A stretch of DNA of 63,048 bases, filler included, from Octopus bimaculoides (taxonomy: Eukaryota), in NCBI RefSeq assembly GCF_001194135.2. It is 6 parts of 5 records of this genome, joined end to end, with 100 filler letters (N's around TTAATTAATTAA, not from the genome) between each part and the next. Parts side by side here need not be neighbours in the genome. Positions count along the whole stretch, not along the records: positions 1 to 29,895 come from NC_068985.1; 5 more parts are not named here. One strand, given 5' to 3'. Shown in pieces: positions 12,221 to 24,285 of the stretch. The notes under the pieces are model-generated. The model had not been told where the DNA came from and did no database searches. It worked only from the letters and a program-made list of their open reading frames with translations. Position numbers and translations under genes: made by a program. Numbering within the stretch: the first letter of the stretch is position 1; every line of letters starts with the position of its first letter.

Positions 12221-12676
12221 AACTGATATAACTTCACCTGTTCTTCATTCTCTTTACAAGAAAATGGCATGGAACCAAAAACAATTGCACATCTGAACTA
12301 GTCAATGACATAAAATGATTGACTTTTAAATGGAGGTGTTTGTAGTTGCTACCACAGTTAAACAAAAATAAAGAGAACATCATGGACCTGATGGTGGATA
12401 TAAAAGCGTTCAGGGCAGAGAATTTTAGAAACGAAAATGGAAAAATGTAGTTGCATTTCTGGAAAATTATTTCGTTCATTTGGAGTAATTCACAAGAATG
12501 AATGACATTATTGAGTCTGGGTTTGAGATCAAACTTTGACCTTGTACAAGAAGACTTCTGTTTGAAAGTCAAGCACACATTTTATGTATCATGACTTGTT
12601 TAGGTGGGTAATTATCTTTTGGTTCCATGCCATTTTCTTGCTGTGAGAATAAAGAACAAATGGAACTACAACTGTT
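12221..12676. repeat. Imperfect long inverted repeat, arms ~115 bp, spacer ~215 bp
   Basis: CAAGAAAATGGCATGGAACCAAAA (12257-12280) is the exact reverse complement of TTTTGGTTCCATGCCATTTTCTTG (12617-12640); similarity extends over ~12221-12335 and ~12553-12676. Confidence 0.8.
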
Positions 12677-13039
12677 GGAGGAGGCAAATGTAAAGAATCA
12701 GGTGACTGCTTTCTAGCAGACAAAGTGGCTTCAGGAATAAATAACGTCATCCAAGAATGCTTATCTGTGAAGAAAAAGAAAAAGAGAAAAAAATTGGAGA
12801 TTCTCAACAAGAAAGAGAAAAACAAAATAATAAAGTGACCAATCAGAAAGCACAAAATGATTCCCTTCAAATAAGGGGGTGGGGAATGAAGTGAAACAAA
12901 GGAAAGTTGATTTCATGGGGAAAGACAATTCTTGGGGGGAAAAGGGGATGGGGTGGGGTGAGAGGAAATTCTTGTCTATATTGACAATAGATGATAAAAT
13001 GTGTAAAAGATTGAAGTGAATCCCAAAAGGGACCAGCAA

Positions 13040-13400
13040 GGGTCATCAGAATTATACAAATGGCAGTGAGAGTAAAAGAACATGTCAAGAGCAAGCTAAA
13101 ATGCATCCAGAGAAGGAGCCCTTCATTGCTTAGAACTCCACCTCTAACAGACACACACCATTCTCTAGCACACAGATGTGCCATCTCCACTTTCTGTCTT
13201 TTGTATCTCTACTATAATGGCTTCTACTCTTCAGAAAGGAGTAAATTAGGGATATCTTCCCTCTTCAGGGACCTCTGACCCATTCACGTCTCATTACTTT
13301 TGGTGTAGTGCTCCCTCCCCACTCAAGCCTTTCCTACATATGTTCATTTGCAATTGTTTAAAACACAACATTAATGACATCAACATCATATCAGTCTCTG
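13040..13400 (+). mobile_element. CR1/L2-group LINE, decayed RT C-terminal end
   Basis: KLKCIQRRSPSLL..HSLAHRCAISTFCLLYLYYNGFYSSE resembles the L..IQRRA...L..L.HRR.V..L.LFY.YY.G.CS.E motif at the end of CR1/L2-group ORF2. Confidence 0.7.
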
Positions 13401-13499
13401 ATGATTCTCATCAGTCACATGCTCTTCCCCTTCCACCAAATGCATCAACAAAAATAAATAAGTAACGTACTTCCTCTCTCTGCTGAGAGGTCCCTGTCT

Positions 13500-13825
13500 T
13501 GTGAGCTCATGGATGTTGGTGCTACATAAAAAAAGGCTCCTCTGCCAGTGCCATGTAAAAAAACTCCCATGCTGATGTCATTTATGAAGCACTGGTGCCA
13601 ATGCCACAAATAAAGAACTCAATGCTGGTGTCACATAAAAAAGTACCCCATACACTCTGTAAAGTGGATGGCATTAGGAAGGTTATCCAGCCATTGAAAC
13701 CATGCCAAAACAGACAACTGGAGCCTGGTGCAGCTCTCATCTTGCCATCTCCTGTCAAAGTGTCCAACCCAAGGCAGTATGGAAAACAGACATTAAATGA
13801 TGATGACGACGATGATGATGATGAG
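13500..13825 (+). mobile_element. RTE-family 3' UTR fragment with (GAT)n tail
   Basis: cactctgtaaagtggatggcattaggaagggttatccagcc..tgtcaaagtgtccaacccaaggcagtatggaaaacagacattaaatgatgatgac, homologous to 9570-9720. Confidence 0.7.
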
Positions 13826-14395
13826 AGTCACAGCACATGACCATGACTCTTCTTAATAGAAGTGATTCACTTTCATCTGGGAATGAATGAAGAATAATAT
13901 ACACTAAAGGGTGTAGAACATGAAAGAATGGGTTTGATAAGTTATAAATATACAGATCGACGCAAATCATAACATATGGGAAACAATATCGATCTGGAAA
14001 CTAATTTCTTTTATAATATCAACAACTGCAGTTATTACACAGCTGATCAGTTTAATATGGAAGTTGAGACAGATCATAAAATATCAATTATCTACTTTAA
14101 CAGTAGAGTTACCTATATGGTAACATCCTAAACATCAAAGAATATTTAAGTCTGTTCAAGCAGCTATACAATATAATGGTTATATCAGAGACATAGATCA
14201 GCCCTGAAAAGGGGGTGCATGTGAGGGGAATTGATATAAACTAACCGAACAGGAAGGATAAATAGGGAACGAATGTAGGTTTTGGATAGGATTAAAAGCT
14301 TCAGTTATGAGGAGGCTTCATTTTAAGCAGTAAACTAAAGGCATTTGTTAAAACTTGTTGCTCCCATTTTGGTTTTGTGCTCACTGCTTTCTCTC

Positions 14396-14519
<124 letters not shown>

Positions 14520-14639
14520 CGTGTATGTGCATGCTTGTATGTACATGTGTATGTGTGTGCATGTATATACTACATATATATGTATATATAGCTTTATATG
14601 CATGTATATGTATATGTATGAATACAAACATTACATACA

Positions 14640-15190
14640 TACATTATCATCATTGTCCTCATTTATTGTTCATCTTCCGTGCTGGCATGTGTTGGACAAT
14701 TTAATGGGAGCTGGTCAGCTGAAGTGCTGCCCAGGTTCCAGTTGTATGATTTGGAATGGCTTCTATGGCTGGATGTCCTTCCTAACACCAACCACTTTAC
14801 AGAATCTACTAGATGCTTTCACATAGTACTAGCACAGTGCATTTATGTAACATTGGTATGGGTGCTTTTTACATGGCACCAGCACCCACAAGCCCACAAG
14901 ACTAGGAATGCTCAGCTGGGGACAGATGCTGGGATCGAGCCTGTATGCAAGGACACCCACGCTTTTACTCAACTTGACATCTATTTTCAAGCACAGGAAT
15001 CTGGCAGGAGCCTTGGTCCCTTCTCATCCCTTCTGTGAGTCTCAGTGCCTGTAGACCCTTTCTTACCATTTCGACCCACATCTTCCTGGGTCTGCCTCTG
15101 CCACATGTTCTCTCAACAATTAGAGATCAGCACTTCTTGATGCAACTCTCTTCTTTCATATGCATTACATGGCCATACCTGTGCAGTCTT
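14640..15190 (-). mobile_element. RTE LINE 3' end (ORF C-terminus plus UTR)
   Basis: Minus strand [51 protein letters not shown] followed by the same UTR and a CAT-rich tail at ~14640. Confidence 0.85.
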
Positions 15191-15236
15191 CTCTCACCTG
15201 ATCAGTTGTATACCCAGTTTTTCTCTCAAATCCTTC

Positions 15237-15275
<39 letters not shown>

Positions 15276-15281
15276 TATATA

Positions 15282-15312
<31 letters not shown>

Positions 15313-15374
15313 CATATATATATATAGATATATATACATACATACATATAGAAATACATATATACACACATATA

Positions 15375-15550
15375 CAGATGACTGGAGTCTGGTGCTTCAC
15401 TCTGACATACTAACTCCTGTAAAACTGTCCAACCCATGGCAGCATGGAAAACAGGCACTAAAAGATGATGATAATGACAATGATGATGATGATGATTATG
15501 ACAAAGATGACAATGACAACAACGATGATGGCGATGATGGTTTTATGTGA
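15375..15550 (+). mobile_element. RTE-family 3' tail with GAT/GAC triplets
   Basis: cctgtaaaactgtccaacccatggcagcatggaaaacaggcactaaaagatgatgat matches the other RTE tails. Confidence 0.65.
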
Positions 15551-15590
15551 TGATGATGATAATGCTGCTGCTGATATATATATATATATT

Positions 15591-15636
<46 letters not shown>

Positions 15637-15949
15637 GATGGCATTTTCACCTTACATGTGTTATGCATCTAGAGGCTCCTTAAGCCAAAGTTAATTTCAG
15701 TTTCTGTGATATATAACGAAGATAGCATAGAATATTCTACCCTGAACAGGTTACCATAATGAAGATAAAGCGTTTCTTGTGTCTCCAGGCCCATTAGCTC
15801 AGAATTTATTTCACTTGCTTTGGCATTTAAGAGACTGAAAATGTGAAACGGTGCCCTGATGCAATGTAAATCCATGACAAGTGCCACTTGTGCCACTTGT
15901 CACCAGCCATTGTTACAGAGTGAACTCTGGAGTAACAGGAAATGAATTA

Positions 15950-16040
15950 TATTTTGCTCAAGGACACGGTGTACTGCCTGGTCTAGGAATCCAAGTTTCA
16001 ACCTTATGATTACGAATTGAACATGCTAACCACTGAGCCA
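15950..16040 (-). mobile_element. SINE family C head, decayed
   Basis: ttgctcaaggacac..ggaatc..ccttatgattacg..gctaaccactgagccat is the reverse complement of a tRNA-like head similar to 681-790. Confidence 0.45.
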
Positions 16041-16189
16041 TTTATAGAGAACCCCTGCAACTAATATTGAAATATTGAAGGAAGAAATGTTTGCAAAAAC
16101 AATTCAAAACGTCATGGAACTGGTAAATCCAAATAAATAGAAAATGTCTGAAGAGTTAAGCAATGCATAGAATCGTTTCTATCCAGAAT

Positions 16190-16620
16190 CTCTAGAGTTG
16201 GTTGAATTACATCACATTGTGCTAATCTAATAAATAATATATCCACAAATAGTATGGAAGACAATAGAGTGATTGAGCTATAATTAAATGAAATCAGTGA
16301 CCATCTGCCAGTTATTGTGGCTTAAAACTGTAATTACAGCAAGGTTATGGAAGCCAATAACTTTAATTATAAAACAATGAGAACAGAAGAATCCATGAAT
16401 GCATTCAAAAATGAGTAACTAACAGAGAATTAGGAAATAGAATACGAAGAAAAAGAAGATATTGATAAAAGATATGAAGCATTTCTAAAAATAATGAAAT
16501 TGTTGTATGACAAAATATTATCTGATAAACCCAATCAGTAGAAAATACAAACATACAGAGAGGCTGTGGATCAGATAGGGATTAGGAAATGCTTGCGAAA
16601 AAGGGAAAAAAGAAATACTA
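16190..16620 (+). mobile_element. CR1/L2-group (Crack/Daphne-like) LINE: end of APE endonuclease plus linker, decayed
   Basis: ITSHCANLINNISTN..EISDHLPVIV..FKNE*LTEN*EIEYEEKEDIDKRYEAFLKIMKLLYDK in one frame with stops; SDH is the terminal APE motif and RIT..SATLID precedes it in these elements. Confidence 0.75.
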
Positions 16621-17571
16621 AGCGGAGTAGACGTAGCACATCAAAGTATAAAGTTGGAAACAATATATGACATTAATTTCACTAATATCACGGGGATATG
16701 TGTGAAGTTATCATCCTCCTCATTATTGACAATGGTATCATCATTTTCACATCTACTTTTCCATATTTGTATTGCTTAGATGAGATTCATTGAGAAAGAA
16801 ATATTCTGCAACTATTCTGCTCTTCTTGTGCAGTTGTATGCACTTCTTGTTGCCAACCTTCACCTGTTTCCTAAGCAAAGGGATACAGGATGCTGCAGAT
16901 AAGCTTCTCATATTTCATACAGCCATTAATATGCTGCTTGTGAATTTAAGCAGATGTTAATTGTGTCTTCATGTTGCTAATGTTTTATCATGCTTTTCTT
17001 TTAGTTTCCATTATGATTGAGATTTGTGCCCTCTGTGCTTTTTCTGTTGAAATATTTGTCATCGTGGACAGTGTGGGAAGATTTTTCTCATAATGTTTAT
17101 TTTTCTCTGGTTCAGATAACTTTTTACAGAACAATGCTGCGAGAAAATGACACTGATTTATATATATATATCATTGTCATTATGTTAAACTGTCATAAGT
17201 CCAAATTTGGCCAAATGTGCTTTTTTTAATATTTATTCTTGCTTGCAATAGCTGGTTCTTTTGGTCAAACTATTATATCTCCAACTGCTTCAGATGCAAA
17301 AATATCAAAAATTGTCAAAGTGTAGTAAATGATTCTGCTATGGAATGGTGAAACTATTTTTTCATTTTCTGAAAAAGCAACGTTTTGGACTTACGACACT
17401 TTTGCATAATAGCAACGATGAATATTTGTAAGTATATTTATTAATTCATAAAAAAATATAATGATAAAAATCACGTTAATGATTTTTATCAAGTAGTCAG
17501 CATGCTATAAAAATGTATAGGCAATTAATACATTAAATTAATAATAATGCGCATATGTATATAATTATATC

Positions 17572-17925
17572 AAGGAAGCTAGGGCGAAAATGACCTGTCT
17601 TCAACAGCTTCAAGTGCTGATACCTTAAAAAAACTACCAAAAACTCCAGCTAAATATAAACATGGCTGGACGGTATGTACAGTTATTTGGACTTATATTT
17701 CCCCACTCTGTGTATTGAGTTGCTGAAGGAAGAAAGCTTATTTTTTGCTTTAATCCAGAAATTGGAACCAATTCACAATTAATGTGTAGTCTTTTTTAAT
17801 TTTCTCTCACTAGCCAGCTTTCATCCAGTCATGCTTATATTTAGCTGGAGCTTTTGGTAGTTTTTTTGAAGATATCGGCACTTCAAGCATGTTGAAAAAG
17901 GTTGATTTCACCCTAACTCCCTTTA
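17572..17925. mobile_element. MITE with ~100-bp terminal inverted repeats
   Basis: Left ..CTTCAAGTGCTGATACCTTAAAAAAACTACCAAAAACTCCAGCTAAATATAAACATGGCTGGA vs reverse complement of right ..CTTGAAGTGCCGATATCTTCAAAAAAACTACCAAAAGCTCCAGCTAAATATAAGCATGACTGGA. Confidence 0.85.
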
Positions 17926-17954
17926 TATAAATATATACAAGCACACATATATAT

Positions 17955-18110
17955 ATCATCATCATCATCATCATTTAACGTCTGTTGTCCATGCTAGCAT
18001 GGGTTGGGTGGTTTGAGCAGGGCTGGCACATTGGAAAGCTGCACCAGGCCCCAGTTTGATTTGGCATGATTTTCCATGGCTGGGTGCGCATCCTAAAGCA
18101 AACCACTCTC
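17955..18110 (-). mobile_element. RTE-family 3' UTR fragment
   Basis: catcatcatttaacgtctgttgtccatgctagcatgggttgg..catcctaaagcaaaccactctcagagtg is the reverse complement of the RTE tail. Confidence 0.7.
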
Positions 18111-18869
18111 AGAGTGTATATATGCATGTGTGTGTATATATGCATGTGTGTGTATATGTGCGTGCATGTGTGTGTGTTGTGTGTGTTGGGTGTGTGTGTT
18201 GTGTGTGAGTTTGTGTGTATACAGAAACACATAGTAACTGCTATATCTATATAGACATATTCATATATATCATCACCCTCATCATCATCATCATCGCCAT
18301 AGATAATTTCAGGAAAAAGGATTCATTGAATATGGTAATGAGTTAAATGAGAATTGTTAGAGAACAGCAGAGAAATAATTTTCCTTTTCCATTTTTTCTT
18401 TTCGAATTTACAATGATTTTTATCCTGAATTAAGTCGTAAGTATCTTTTCTGGAAGCCATTTCAACATTAACCTTAATTTGTATCAGTTTGCCATTGTTA
18501 ATATTTGCTCCATCACAAATATAATATGCACAGAGAACAGGATTTTTCTTTGTATGTGAAGAAACGCACAGGATTATCGCTGCCTCTTTCTCTCTACCTC
18601 TCTCTTCACCTCTATCTGTCTGTCTTACACACACACAAGCACATGTGCAAACACATACATACACATACACACACACACACACATACACAAACCTATGCGC
18701 ATCTGTGTTTTGATAATATTCTGGGTTCACAATGGTCGAACTGAAAATTGCTTCCCTAAGATGTTAGAGCCAAAGGGCTTATGAGATTAATACTTTCGAG
18801 ACATTATTTAAATCAATAATCACCATGAGATCTATAGTGCCAAGCAAGGAAATAAGACAGGGTGTGGGT

Positions 18870-19092
<223 letters not shown>

Positions 19093-19699
19093 ATAGATGG
19101 AGAAAGAGGTAGAAATAGAGACAGAGAGACAGAGAATGAAGAAAAAAGAGAGAGAGAGAAATGGGGGTGGGGAAGGAATTGAGGAGGAAATATGAGAAGT
19201 TTGTATCCACACAGAATACATTCTCTGTTTATTCCAAATCTATTTGGTACCTGAATGAATTACAAATCTATTCAGAAAACAATGGAATTAGTTCCCAAGT
19301 GCAAGCAAAGCCAGTGTCTGTCTTTCTGGAATCTATCAAGCCAAGGAAATTGGTCATGGAATGCTAAAAGCCAACAACAAAAACCTAAAATCATAATATT
19401 TCAATAAGGAAAAACTCATCCTAATGCGGGAATAGAAATTTTTATAATGGCAAGGAATTTATAATAAAATAAAAATTCCATTTATGGGTCATTTGGTCAG
19501 AGCCTATTGAGAAATTTCTTGCAAGTGAGTCTTTTATCTAAAGCAGAAACTCAGTGAAGCCATTTATGGTCTGAGGTTTCAACCAGACAACATGGCACTC
19601 ACAATAAAACTAGGATAATAAACTATTTTTAGATTCATCAATTTTTATTGTTTATTTATTTACCTTTTTTTTATATAAAAGTTGGTGCTTGTTATCTTT

Positions 19700-20232
19700 T
19701 ATCTTTCATTGGTTTAAGTCATGAGATTGGCCATGCTGGGGCTCCACCTTGAAGAAATTTAGTTGAGCAAATCGACCCCAACACTTCTTTTTCTTTCTTT
19801 TTTTTTAAGCCTGTTTCTTAATCTATCAGTCTCTTTTGTCAAACTGTTAACTTATGGGGACATAAACACACCAACAATAGTTGACTACTAATGGTGGGGG
19901 ACAAGTGCAAGTACAAACATGCGCACACACACACACACACACACACATATGTGCAGTGGGATTTTCAGTTTCTGTCTTTTGTAATCCTAGTACTTATTCT
20001 ATCGGTATCTTTTGCCGAACTGCTAAGGGATGGGGACATAAATACACCAGCATCGGTTGTCAAGCGATGTTGGGGGGACAAACTCAGGCATTCAAGCATA
20101 CACACACACATACATATATACATACATACGATGGGTTTCTTTCAGTTTTCGTCTACCAAATCCACTCACAAGCCCTTGGTCGGCCCGAGGATTTAGTAGA
20201 AAACACTTGCCCAAGGTCCCACGCACTGGGAC
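19700..20232 (-). mobile_element. Two adjacent SINE family A fragments (3' half ~19700-19910; more complete copy ~19980-20232)
   Basis: Both contain ..ctatcggt(a)tcttttgccgaac..ggggacataaa(c/t)acacca..; second continues into tttctttcagttttcgtctaccaaatccactcacaag..cacttgcccaagg. Confidence 0.8.
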
Positions 20233-20329
20233 ATATATATCGTCAGTAAATCATAAACCCTGAAGAGAAACAAACTCTAAGTTGTAAAACATTAGAGTAT
20301 TTAGAGAAAGAAAGTAATGACCAGTTCAA

Positions 20330-20393
20330 AGGGTGACCCAGAGTTTTGCATCCATAAGACGCTTAGGTTTGCATTAGGGTCTCGTCAGACCCT
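20330..20393 (-). ncRNA. Decayed type-I hammerhead ribozyme motif (left arm of fold-back)
   Basis: Minus strand AGGGU CUGACGA [stem II, 34 nt] AAAA CUC U GGG UC ACCCU: stem I 5 bp, short stem III, GUC triplet; only G12 of the core is altered (CGAAA to CAAAA, a CpG transition). Confidence 0.55.
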
Positions 20394-20519
20394 ATTAGCT
20401 GGTGGCCTTTAACCTCTCTTCAAAATGACCTTCCTTTGTCTGCGTGTTCAAAAACTAGCCACAAGAGACACAGGCAAAGGAAGGTCATTCTGAAGAGAGG
20501 TTATAGGCCACTGGTCATT

Positions 20520-20581
20520 AGGGCCTGATGAGATGTATGCAAAGCTATACGCTATATGGACATCAAATCCTGGGTAATCAA
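20520..20581 (+). ncRNA. Decayed hammerhead motif (right arm of fold-back)
   Basis: AGGGC CUGAUGA GAUGU..ACAUC AAA UCC U GGG UA: 5-bp stem II, stem III and GUA triplet present, G12 missing, stem I partner diverged. Confidence 0.4.
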
Positions 20582-20979
20582 ATGAACTGGCCATAATTAT
20601 CTTTCTCTAAATATATATATATATATACATTCCATCAATTTGTTTTTGTCTATTTATTTTATAATTTATATTTCTGATTTTGATTTCCATTAATTTATTT
20701 GGTATTTTTAATGACTGGTATCTATTTGAATCTATGTATTACTGTTTATCAAGAGAATGCTGAAAATAGGATAGGGATATAAAATAAAGCCCCTCACCTG
20801 ATGACATGCGAGTACACAGCTATTGCTGGATCATATTTATATGATAATATGTATAATACGGAAAACTTAGCAACTAATGGCTGTTATTAATGTGCAGAAA
20901 CAATTGTTGGGATTTGTAATTAAAACCTGTTCATTCCATCCTCTTGTTTTATAAATTTATATGCGCATGTGCACACACA

Positions 20980-21048
<69 letters not shown>

Positions 21049-21452
21049 TTGCATATATGTGTATCTGTGTACAAACATAACAATATTTGTATATATGTTT
21101 GCATGTGTTTGCATATGTGTGTGTGTGTCTCCAATCATCATAAAGCTAAGATTTGCCTCATTGAATAGGAAGTTTCATTCTGACTGATTCATAAAGCCAA
21201 AAATATCGAAAAGATTGGAAAATGATTGCTTCTGGAATAGAGAAAGAGTCTAGCTAGCAGTAATGGTTACCGATGCAGTTTCTATCACATTATAGCAACA
21301 TTACATATGATATGCAGCATTAGTGACAGCAATAACAACAACAACAACAATGAATTCTCACGTGTATGTGTGTGTGTGTGTATACATATATACATCAACA
21401 CATACAGGAACATACATACATGTATATATTTATGTATACATAGATATGTATA

Positions 21453-21524
<72 letters not shown>

Positions 21525-21592
21525 TGTGTGTATGTATGTTTGTATGCATATGTTTATATATGCATATATACAGAAACATATATATATGTATG

Positions 21593-21623
<31 letters not shown>

Positions 21624-22009
21624 GTCATTCACCTCAAAGTGATATGTAATAGGCAATTAAATGCCATCGCTTTAAATGTTCCAGCTTTGTCCCTAATAGA
21701 TTTGAACATTGAAGTAACTTCCGCAAAAATAGCAGCAACAGTATTGATGATGATGATGATGATGATGGCAATGATTATGGCAATGTTGATGATGATGATG
21801 ATGATGATGATGGTGGAGATGACGATGATGATGATAACATTTTTTTTTTCTTTATAGTTGCAACAAAGGTAGTGAATGAGGGGACATTTCTAAGGACAGG
21901 TTACAAAAACTGTGGGAGTTGATACACAAGTCAAATGAAATGAAAAGGAGAAAACAACAACAGTAATATTAATACTAATAAAAGTAATAACAACAACAAC
22001 AGCAACAAC

Positions 22010-22053
<44 letters not shown>

Positions 22054-22199
22054 TAGCAAAAACATGAAGTGCAAGAAGAACTAGAATAACAACAGAAACT
22101 AAAGTAGCAATTGCAAAAATGAAAGCAAACGAAACAACAAAATAATGCTAGCTGCTATGACAATGACAACACCAAAACCTGCATGTACAAGAACAGTAT

Positions 22200-22500
<301 letters not shown>

Positions 22501-23014
22501 CATCATAAAAGCAACTGCAATAGCAGCAGCAAAGGCTGAACCACTGCCAACGACAGCATCAACAGCCATAATAATAATTGTAATAAAGGCAACTAGAATA
22601 ACGAAAAACCAAACTGCTATGACAACATTAACTGTAAAACAACGACAACAGCAACAAGAAATAATAGGATGGTGGGAGGGAAAAGACGAACAAAAACAGC
22701 AAGAAAATAACATGGAAAGTGAAAGTGAAACAAATGAAAGAGAGAAATGATTACAATATTATATGTTTCATCTTTTGTAAGGGAACCTTTTAGAGCTAGC
22801 TAACCATTCATATAAAACCTCTTTCAAGTTTACAGCATTTGGTAACAACAGCTGTAAACATTGTCTTGAGGAGGAATGTTATTTCTGAAATATGTAGCTT
22901 CTATTAATCCCTACATCCTTTTAGTTATTTTCTATTGGCTTATACTTTTTTGATTTTTCTGCTTTGCTGATTATTTTATTTATACATATCTTTATATATA
23001 GTTTTATATGTATA

Positions 23015-23248
<234 letters not shown>

Positions 23249-23889
23249 CACACACATACGATATATACGTTTGCCATTTTGACACAGATATATTGACATC
23301 AAGAGTTATACTTAGAATAGTTAAAAGCAATAGGTAATTTGTAGATTCTGCTATGTTGCCGTTTGTGAAAGTAAAAAGGGGTTTTAAGTCTTTGAAAAAC
23401 CTCAATTCACAGTTCCATTTTATATTTCAGTTGCTATTTTCAACAATTTTCTCCCTTCCCGTGTATTTAAAAACATTAGTTTTGAAGGATAACAAGACTT
23501 GCAGTTTGAATATCAAAGAAGGGAGATACAGAATCGGTAAATGCTGATCAGAATTATGCTTCAAATAGTTAAAGGTAAATGGCAATTTGTACATTAGGCT
23601 ACCTGCATTCTGGGGTTAAATGAGAAAAGTTTAACTCATTGTAAAGTTGAAAAAGCCTCCATGTGGTCACTGGGCCTGCTAGAAATAGTAGTTAGTCTTC
23701 CTCAAACTATGTCCAAATGGAGACATCATAAGAGTGAGAATGCATGAAAATGTCCATGAGATCAAAAGTAAAAAGAAAATAAAGGTTGAAACATTTTAAA
23801 TTAAATTAATCAAAATGGTAACATCCTATGAAGTTTGTGCTATGAAGGGCATTGAGACATAAAGATCAGGCCAAGACAGACATTGATGT

Positions 23890-24030
23890 TTGACTCAGTC
23901 CTCCAGCTCAATGGATCCTGTTAGAAAACATACCAATCCATGCTAACCTAGAAGATGGGAACTAAATGATGACGATGGTGATGATGATGATGATGATGAG
24001 GAGGAGGAAGATGAGGAGGAGGAGGAAGAG
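23890..24030 (+). mobile_element. RTE-family 3' tail, decayed
   Basis: ccaatccatgctaacctagaagatgggaactaaatgatgacgatggtgatgat. Confidence 0.5.
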
Positions 24031-24230
24031 GCAGAAGTGGAGGGTAATTATGATGGTCAGATTGATGTCCGATTTGTATTTATTAATCCATTGACTCAGC
24101 TTCCTCATTATTCATCCATCCATCCATCCATCCATCTAACATCCATTCATCCGTCAATAGCTGTCTGTTTTTCTTTCTATTCATCCATCCATCCATCCAA
24201 CTGTCCATCAATCCATCTAGCTATCCATCC

Positions 24231-24285
<55 letters not shown>

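Larger units (their letters stand above)
20298..20613. mobile_element. Fold-back (near-palindromic) element, arms ~150 bp, loop ~15 nt
   Basis: Ends TATTTAGAGAAAG / CTTTCTCTAAATA are exact reverse complements; internal arms align (CCTTTAACCTCTCTTCAAAATGACCTTCCTTTG vs CCTATAACCTCTCTTCAGAATGACCTTCCTTTG). Confidence 0.9.

Noticed and set aside
13398-13414. CTGATGA-ttc-TCATCAG perfect hairpin
   Set aside because: Only 7 bp; self-pairing excludes a ribozyme core; at most a LINE 3' stem-loop.
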